Positions 59,086-64,000 of a stretch of DNA of 64,000 nucleotides are shown piece after piece; position 1 is the stretch's first letter; each line of letters starts with the position of its first letter. The translations under genes and the position numbers were made by a program. Source of the stretch: Candidatus Latescibacterota bacterium (GTDB lineage Bacteria > Latescibacterota > UBA2968); NCBI GenBank assembly GCA_965198115.1, contig OZ240241.1, positions 1,856,001-1,920,000 on the forward strand, written 5' to 3'. Below the pieces are notes generated by a model, which had not been told where the DNA came from, searched no databases, and saw only the letters and a list, made by a program, of their open reading frames with translations.

Positions 59086-61143
59086 CTACGGTAGATCCCC
59101 GAACGCGATTGCCTTCGGGACGATAGCGTCGTACGGCCAGTTGACACACCAGCTATCTAGCAGCGATGCATACGAGATCTCCTGACCGGTCTCACCGACC
59201 AGCGTCACATCATCCTCGAGCAATGCGACCAAACGAGCCAGAACGAGGGCGCCCGGTTCGTTCAGGGGTCGATCCAGCTCGATTGCATCTTCGACATCCC
59301 TGGATTGACTCGTCAGGGCTTCCACGTTGATGACATCGGCTGGCACGTCGTCCCTCGCCCTCAGGTAGGCGATGACCGATCGCAGGTCCCTCACCTGGAG
59401 CCCGACGATCGTCTCCCCCAGCAACAGCGCCGTCGCCGCTCTTCTGCTACCGTTGCTCTGCGGAACCCGTGCGTGATCCGTCGTGGCTTCCCCCACGCCA
59501 CGTACATCCACCAGACACACCGGCCCACTTTCGAGACTGCCTCTGATCTGCTCCGATTGGGTCTCCAGGGCGGCCGCCTTCCCCCCTGCCAGGATTAGCT
59601 TGAGTGGCCCATTTCCGGATCCTCGGAGAAGCAGCACCGGGACCACGACCTCCTCGTCTACAGCAAGACCGAATCGCTCAACGGTCTGCCCACCGACCTC
59701 CTCTTCCGCCGGATGGATAACCTCCGGGGACAGGGCAGGCTCGCAGTTTCCCAACAACTCGACCCAGGCCTGACGCAAAGCCACATCCGCTTCTGCTGAA
59801 GACCGCCACGCGAGGGAACGCCTGAACTGACCACCACGTGTCTGACCGATGAGCTTGAAAACGGATCGATACCCCTCTTCCAGCTCATCCGAATCACCGC
59901 CAGAATCGGTCTTCGGACCATCTCCCTCCCCGAAACAGAACAGCTCCGATTCTTCCCGACGTGCTTCTTGATCTTTCGTTATCTCGACTCCCAACCAGCG
60001 GTTCAGCGCTGCGTGGATGCGCTTTCGATGAGGCGGGCCCACGTTATTGCAGTGGGAGGCCTCCGGCGGGCGTCCCTTCAGAAGCCCGAACCCGATCGCG
60101 TGATCCAGTCGGTCCTCTGCCCCATACCAGCGATAAATTGTCTGCAATCGCTGCCACACGGGATCCCGCTCCTGGTCCCAGCTGAACTCGTGCGCGTAAA
60201 TCAGGTGCCGGGGTGCAATAGATCCCACGATCACCCACGGCAGGAATCCATCCCTCCCCGACCACGCAAGGTTCCGGGTCGTCTCCCAGCCACCCGTGCC
60301 CAAATAGTTGAACGACATCTCCGCATCGTCTGGCAACGGATAGACCGTCTCGGGCTGGGGTCCCCCGAAATTGAAGGGAATGGCCACGCTCACGCGATCG
60401 TCCAACGCCGCCGCGACAGCACACGGGTCGCCCCCACCCGCGACCGACCCCATCATCACCACCGGGCCGACCTGGTATTGCTGTTCCAACACGTCGATCC
60501 CACGCCGGATATCCCACACCATCCACCCCATCAAGCTGTCTCCGATCAACTGCAATTGGATCCCCGTGTTGTAGCGGTTCCAGTAGTCGTGGCGTGGACC
60601 GGGCGGGTGCTGCCTTCGCTCCCCGTAGGCGAACTGATCGATCACGAGAACCACACAACCGACCTTCGCCCACATCGCACCCATATCCTGCAGTTCGGGT
60701 TGGGTTCTCGGATTGTGATGGCTATGTACGAGGACGAGGCCCGTCACCTCGTTCTGTGCCAGACCGAGTTCGCGCATCATCTCGTGCTGTGACTGTCCGC
60801 CTTCATCTTCAACTCTGGGTGGCCGATACACATTGGCTGTCAGCAGGATGTGATCACGCGATGCGTAAACCACCTTATCGATCTCGTAGCCGTCGGCCTC
60901 GATCGTGCCCGTCACTTCGCAATCGATCGTGTCCGGTACGCGGGGAAACCTTCCGAGCGACCGTTCGAGCGCCTTGATACGGGGCTTCTTGAACGCTTCC
61001 CATTCGTCCCGTGAAGACAAGGCGTTCCAAGCTTCGATATCCTGCGCGTTTACCTCCGAAACACGGCGCTCGAGATACCGATCGAAGCCTGAGGATACTC
61101 TTTCTCGGTCGGATTCGGGGAAGACGTATGGGTTGATGTTCAT
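59086..61143 (-). CDS. Tandem alpha/beta-hydrolase (acetylxylan esterase-like)
   Basis: TANVYRP, IDQFAYGER, WDIRRGIDVL, GSVAGGG; second module VDVRGVGE...DLRSVIAYL. Confidence 0.75.
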   Translation of the reverse strand: MNINPYVFPESDRERVSSGFDRYLERRVSEVNAQDIEAWNALSSRDEWEAFKKPRIKALERSLGRFPRVPDTIDCEVTGTIEADGYEIDKVVYASRDHILLTANVYRPPRVEDEGGQSQHEMMRELGLAQNEVTGLVLVHSHHNPRTQPELQDMGAMWAKVGCVVLVIDQFAYGERRQHPPGPRHDYWNRYNTGIQLQLIGDSLMGWMVWDIRRGIDVLEQQYQVGPVVMMGSVAGGGDPCAVAAALDDRVSVAIPFNFGGPQPETVYPLPDDAEMSFNYLGTGGWETTRNLAWSGRDGFLPWVIVGSIAPRHLIYAHEFSWDQERDPVWQRLQTIYRWYGAEDRLDHAIGFGLLKGRPPEASHCNNVGPPHRKRIHAALNRWLGVEITKDQEARREESELFCFGEGDGPKTDSGGDSDELEEGYRSVFKLIGQTRGGQFRRSLAWRSSAEADVALRQAWVELLGNCEPALSPEVIHPAEEEVGGQTVERFGLAVDEEVVVPVLLLRGSGNGPLKLILAGGKAAALETQSEQIRGSLESGPVCLVDVRGVGEATTDHARVPQSNGSRRAATALLLGETIVGLQVRDLRSVIAYLRARDDVPADVINVEALTSQSRDVEDAIELDRPLNEPGALVLARLVALLEDDVTLVGETGQEISYASLLDSWCVNWPYDAIVPKAIAFGDLP

Positions 61144-61197
61144 TGGACCTCGTGTCAGAGGGCGATTCGCCCTTACGGTAACCGTAACGTGATGGAC

Positions 61198-63153
61198 TTA
61201 GGTCACATATTGTGCGAACCAATCGACCATTCGCTGTAAGTACTCCTCACGGAACTTCGGATGCCCTTCTCTTCTAAAACCGTGGGAACATCCCGGGAAT
61301 CGAACGAACTCGACAGTCTTCCGTTGCCGCTTGAGGGCCACGAAGAACTGTTCGGCCTGCTCGATGGGACAGCGATAGTCCTCCTCGCCGTGCATCAGGA
61401 GAACGGGTGTCCGAACCTCTTCGGCGTATGTCAAAGGCGACCGATCGTGCAATAGCTCGACGCGTTCGATGGACGATCCACCCCACTGGTTTTCCCCGAA
61501 ACTGACACCTATGTCGGATGTGCCGTACATACTGTGAAGGTTGATGCAGGGCGCCCCCACGACTGCGGCCTTGAAGCGGTGATCGTGACCGACAATCCAG
61601 CTGCTCATAAAACCGCCATAGCTGTAACCGTGTACACCCAACCGATCGCTGTCGACATACAGGCGTTCACACAGAAGATCAACGGCAGCCATTAGATCGA
61701 GAAAGTCCTCACCACCCCAGTCACACAGCACGGCTTTCAGGAAATCCGGACCGTATGACGAGGACCCTCGGGGGTTGACGGCGAGAACGATGGAACCTGT
61801 CCCCACCAGGATCTGCTGCGTAAAATCGTAGGAATCCGAATATCGTCCGTTGGGCCCCCCGTGAATGTCGAGGATCATCGGATAGCTCTTCGAGGCGTCG
61901 AAATCGGGAGGAAAGAGGATGCGTGCCTGGATTTCCTCTCCCACTCGCACGAAAGCGACTTTCTCGAGGGCAGCAGGAGGATGGGATTCCGTGAAATCCG
62001 AGCTCGCACGGGTCACCGCGACCTGGGATCCGATCGAGTAGTCCACGACCTCGATCTCGGTTGGCGAATCGAACGTCGTCCACGTCAGAGCCGCACGGTC
62101 CAATGCACTCAGATCCAGAGATGTCATCACACACACGCCGCCCAGGATCGTCTCCCCGCTCATGCCGTCCTCGTCCGCCTTCACACGGCATAGATAGGAC
62201 TCGCCCGCGCGATCTCCGATGAACACGATCGTCCCGTCTTCACGCCACGCACGAGTCGCAACGGGCTGAACCAGCGTGTGAATGTCGTCCGAAACCTGAC
62301 GCGCAGGTTTTCCATCCTCGAGCACGAACAGCCAAGACTGCCGGGGGTCCCAGATGTCTGAATCACGCGAACCGCCGGCAGCCAAGCGCTTTCCGTCGGG
62401 TGACCAGGCAACCGATCCCACACGAGACATCCCCTCGGACCAACGCGAAACCTCCCCGCTCGTCGTGTCGATGACACGGATCTCAGACGCACGCACGAAA
62501 TCTCGATCTTCCACTTCGTCACACACGAAAGCAATGCGCTGACCATCCGGTGACCAGGCGGGCGCCTCGTGGTTGCCTTCGGCATTCGTCAGCTGACGCG
62601 CATCTCCCGAAGCGACATCCACGACGAACAGCTGTGTGAATCCATCGCCGCGCCAGCCGTCGCCGTCGTCGCGATATCGGACCCGTCTGGCGACATAGGT
62701 GCGCGGTGCCTTCTTCTCGTCGTGATCCACCGTCACACACTCAGGATCGACCCACGCTACGATGACCAGCGAGCCACCGTCGGGCGACCAGGCAAGGTCC
62801 CGCACCTCGCCGAAGAGCGGCTGCCCCTTTTCGTCATCCGGCGCGGGATTCGTCAGCTGACGGGCCTCTCCTCCGTCCACCGCAATGAGATGAACCTGTT
62901 TCCCGTGGGCGTCCGTCGAGCGCAGAAAAGCAACGGACCTGCCGTCTGGCGAGATGGTGGGATGACCGTCGGACGGGCCAGACGTGAACGCTTCGTCTTC
63001 ACCGTCAGGCAGGCGTCGCCGCACCAGACAGGAGGATAGGTCCATCACACGCCGCTCCGTATGCGTCCGGACGTAAATGACGAAAGACCCGTCCGGCGAG
63101 AGCGCAGGTGCCGAAAGGTTGATCAGATCGTGAACATCAGAGGGTTTGGGCAC
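61198..63153 (-). CDS. S9-family (acylaminoacyl/dipeptidyl) peptidase
   Basis: WSPDG propeller repeats, IHGGP, NPRGS, GYSYGG, HGEEDYRC, SHGF. Confidence 0.93.
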   Translation of the reverse strand: MPKPSDVHDLINLSAPALSPDGSFVIYVRTHTERRVMDLSSCLVRRRLPDGEDEAFTSGPSDGHPTISPDGRSVAFLRSTDAHGKQVHLIAVDGGEARQLTNPAPDDEKGQPLFGEVRDLAWSPDGGSLVIVAWVDPECVTVDHDEKKAPRTYVARRVRYRDDGDGWRGDGFTQLFVVDVASGDARQLTNAEGNHEAPAWSPDGQRIAFVCDEVEDRDFVRASEIRVIDTTSGEVSRWSEGMSRVGSVAWSPDGKRLAAGGSRDSDIWDPRQSWLFVLEDGKPARQVSDDIHTLVQPVATRAWREDGTIVFIGDRAGESYLCRVKADEDGMSGETILGGVCVMTSLDLSALDRAALTWTTFDSPTEIEVVDYSIGSQVAVTRASSDFTESHPPAALEKVAFVRVGEEIQARILFPPDFDASKSYPMILDIHGGPNGRYSDSYDFTQQILVGTGSIVLAVNPRGSSSYGPDFLKAVLCDWGGEDFLDLMAAVDLLCERLYVDSDRLGVHGYSYGGFMSSWIVGHDHRFKAAVVGAPCINLHSMYGTSDIGVSFGENQWGGSSIERVELLHDRSPLTYAEEVRTPVLLMHGEEDYRCPIEQAEQFFVALKRQRKTVEFVRFPGCSHGFRREGHPKFREEYLQRMVDWFAQYVT

Positions 63154-63505
63154 GGGATCTCCAGCGAACTGAAGTTTGCCAGTTGTGAGGGCTCGTTAGC
63201 ACGGAAAGGAGAAGTAGCCCATAAATCAAGGCGTGATGAGTGTCCGTGCCGGCCGCAAAGGCCAGTAGTCGGCAAACTGGGATAGTCGTCTTAAAAGTGG
63301 CCCCGGGGCCACTTTCTCGAGCTCAACCTCAGCGACGACCAGTGCCACGCCTGCCTGGCCGCCGGAGCACACTCGCGAAGGTGGGCTCTCCTGCTCGCCA
63401 AAATCTTGGCTCCGTAGGGCGAGGTCACTAAGTATGGCCAAACCGCGACTCCCTTCGTATCCTCGATCCCCTTCCCCCCCTAATTCCTTGAAGGAGCCTG
63501 TCTTC

Positions 63506-64000
63506 GTGAAGCTGCTCGCTACCGAATGGTCCGAATCCAGGGTCGCTGAGACCCAGGCTGCTTTCCCCGATGTCGAATTCGTTCGCGCGCCCGACCAGGA
63601 GACGGTCTTGCGCGAAATCGCCGACGCTGAGGTGGTGTTCGGACACATAGACGCGGAAGCGTTCAAAACTGCGAAGGCGTTACGCTGGATTCAGTACGGC
63701 GGCGCAGGCGTTGAGAAGGTGCTGAAGTCGAGGGAGATCGTGGAAAGCGAGGTGATCCTCACCAACACGAGTGGAGCCCACGCAGCCACGATCGCCGAAC
63801 ACGCCTTCGGAATGCTGGTGTATCTAGCGCGCGGATTCCAACAGCTAACTGCTGCCCAGGCCGATCGGACTTACGTCCCCCTACGCGACTACCATCCCAT
63901 CGGATTGGCAGGCACGACGATGGGCATCATCGGACTCGGGAACATCGGCCGCGCCATCGCCCATCGCGCTCGCGCCTTCGAGATGGACGTGGTTGCAGTC
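63506..64000 (+). CDS. D-2-hydroxyacid dehydrogenase, partial (runs off the window; absent from the ORF track)
   Basis: AAGGAG RBS then GTG; LRWIQYGGAGVE, LTNTSG, IAEHAFG, GIIGLGNIGRAIA. Confidence 0.9.
   Translation, partial: MKLLATEWSESRVAETQAAFPDVEFVRAPDQETVLREIADAEVVFGHIDAEAFKTAKALRWIQYGGAGVEKVLKSREIVESEVILTNTSGAHAATIAEHAFGMLVYLARGFQQLTAAQADRTYVPLRDYHPIGLAGTTMGIIGLGNIGRAIAHRARAFEMDVVAV

Noticed and set aside
63195-63480. tmRNA, RNase P RNA, SRP RNA or yybP-ykoY riboswitch
   Set aside because: No T-arm/CCA end, no GAGGAAAGTCC, no SRP GGAA-loop motif, and only partial similarity to GGGGAGTAGC.

Overview
GC-rich bacterial chromosome segment; no taxon can be assigned from this window alone. 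Left part (1-22.8 kb, almost all minus strand) is a mosaic surface-glycan locus. It carries nonulosonic-acid synthesis genes (NeuB/PseI-like synthase, NeuA/PseF-like cytidylyltransferase, PseG-like hydrolase, DegT aminotransferase, epimerases) and many tailoring genes (WbqC, PIG-L deacetylase, radical SAM/SPASM, methyltransferases, sulfotransferase-like, fatty-acid desaturase, Fcl), plus a LIC12162-type transferase and a Wzx flippase. A MarR-type regulator lies downstream of a promoter with a 27-bp palindrome. The locus is decaying: a second transferase+wzx module is broken by IS200, IS630 and an IS3-like end, several genes are frameshifted, and an IS256 without target duplication forms the right border. 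Right part (24.4-64 kb) is ordinary core and catabolic genome: tRNA-Gly, rhomboid, BNR sialidase, rlmI, dehydrogenases/hydrolases, def, a heterodimeric ABC exporter, an rnhB-yraN fusion, hisS-aspS, lipoprotein-LysM, phoH-HDIG-ybeY-corC, tRNA-fMet, a DASS transporter and an S9 peptidase. Its intergenic gaps often hold 7-9-bp-period micro-arrays or REP-like hairpins. No CRISPR array, prophage, integrase or rRNA was seen. All family calls come from motif recognition by eye, not database searches.
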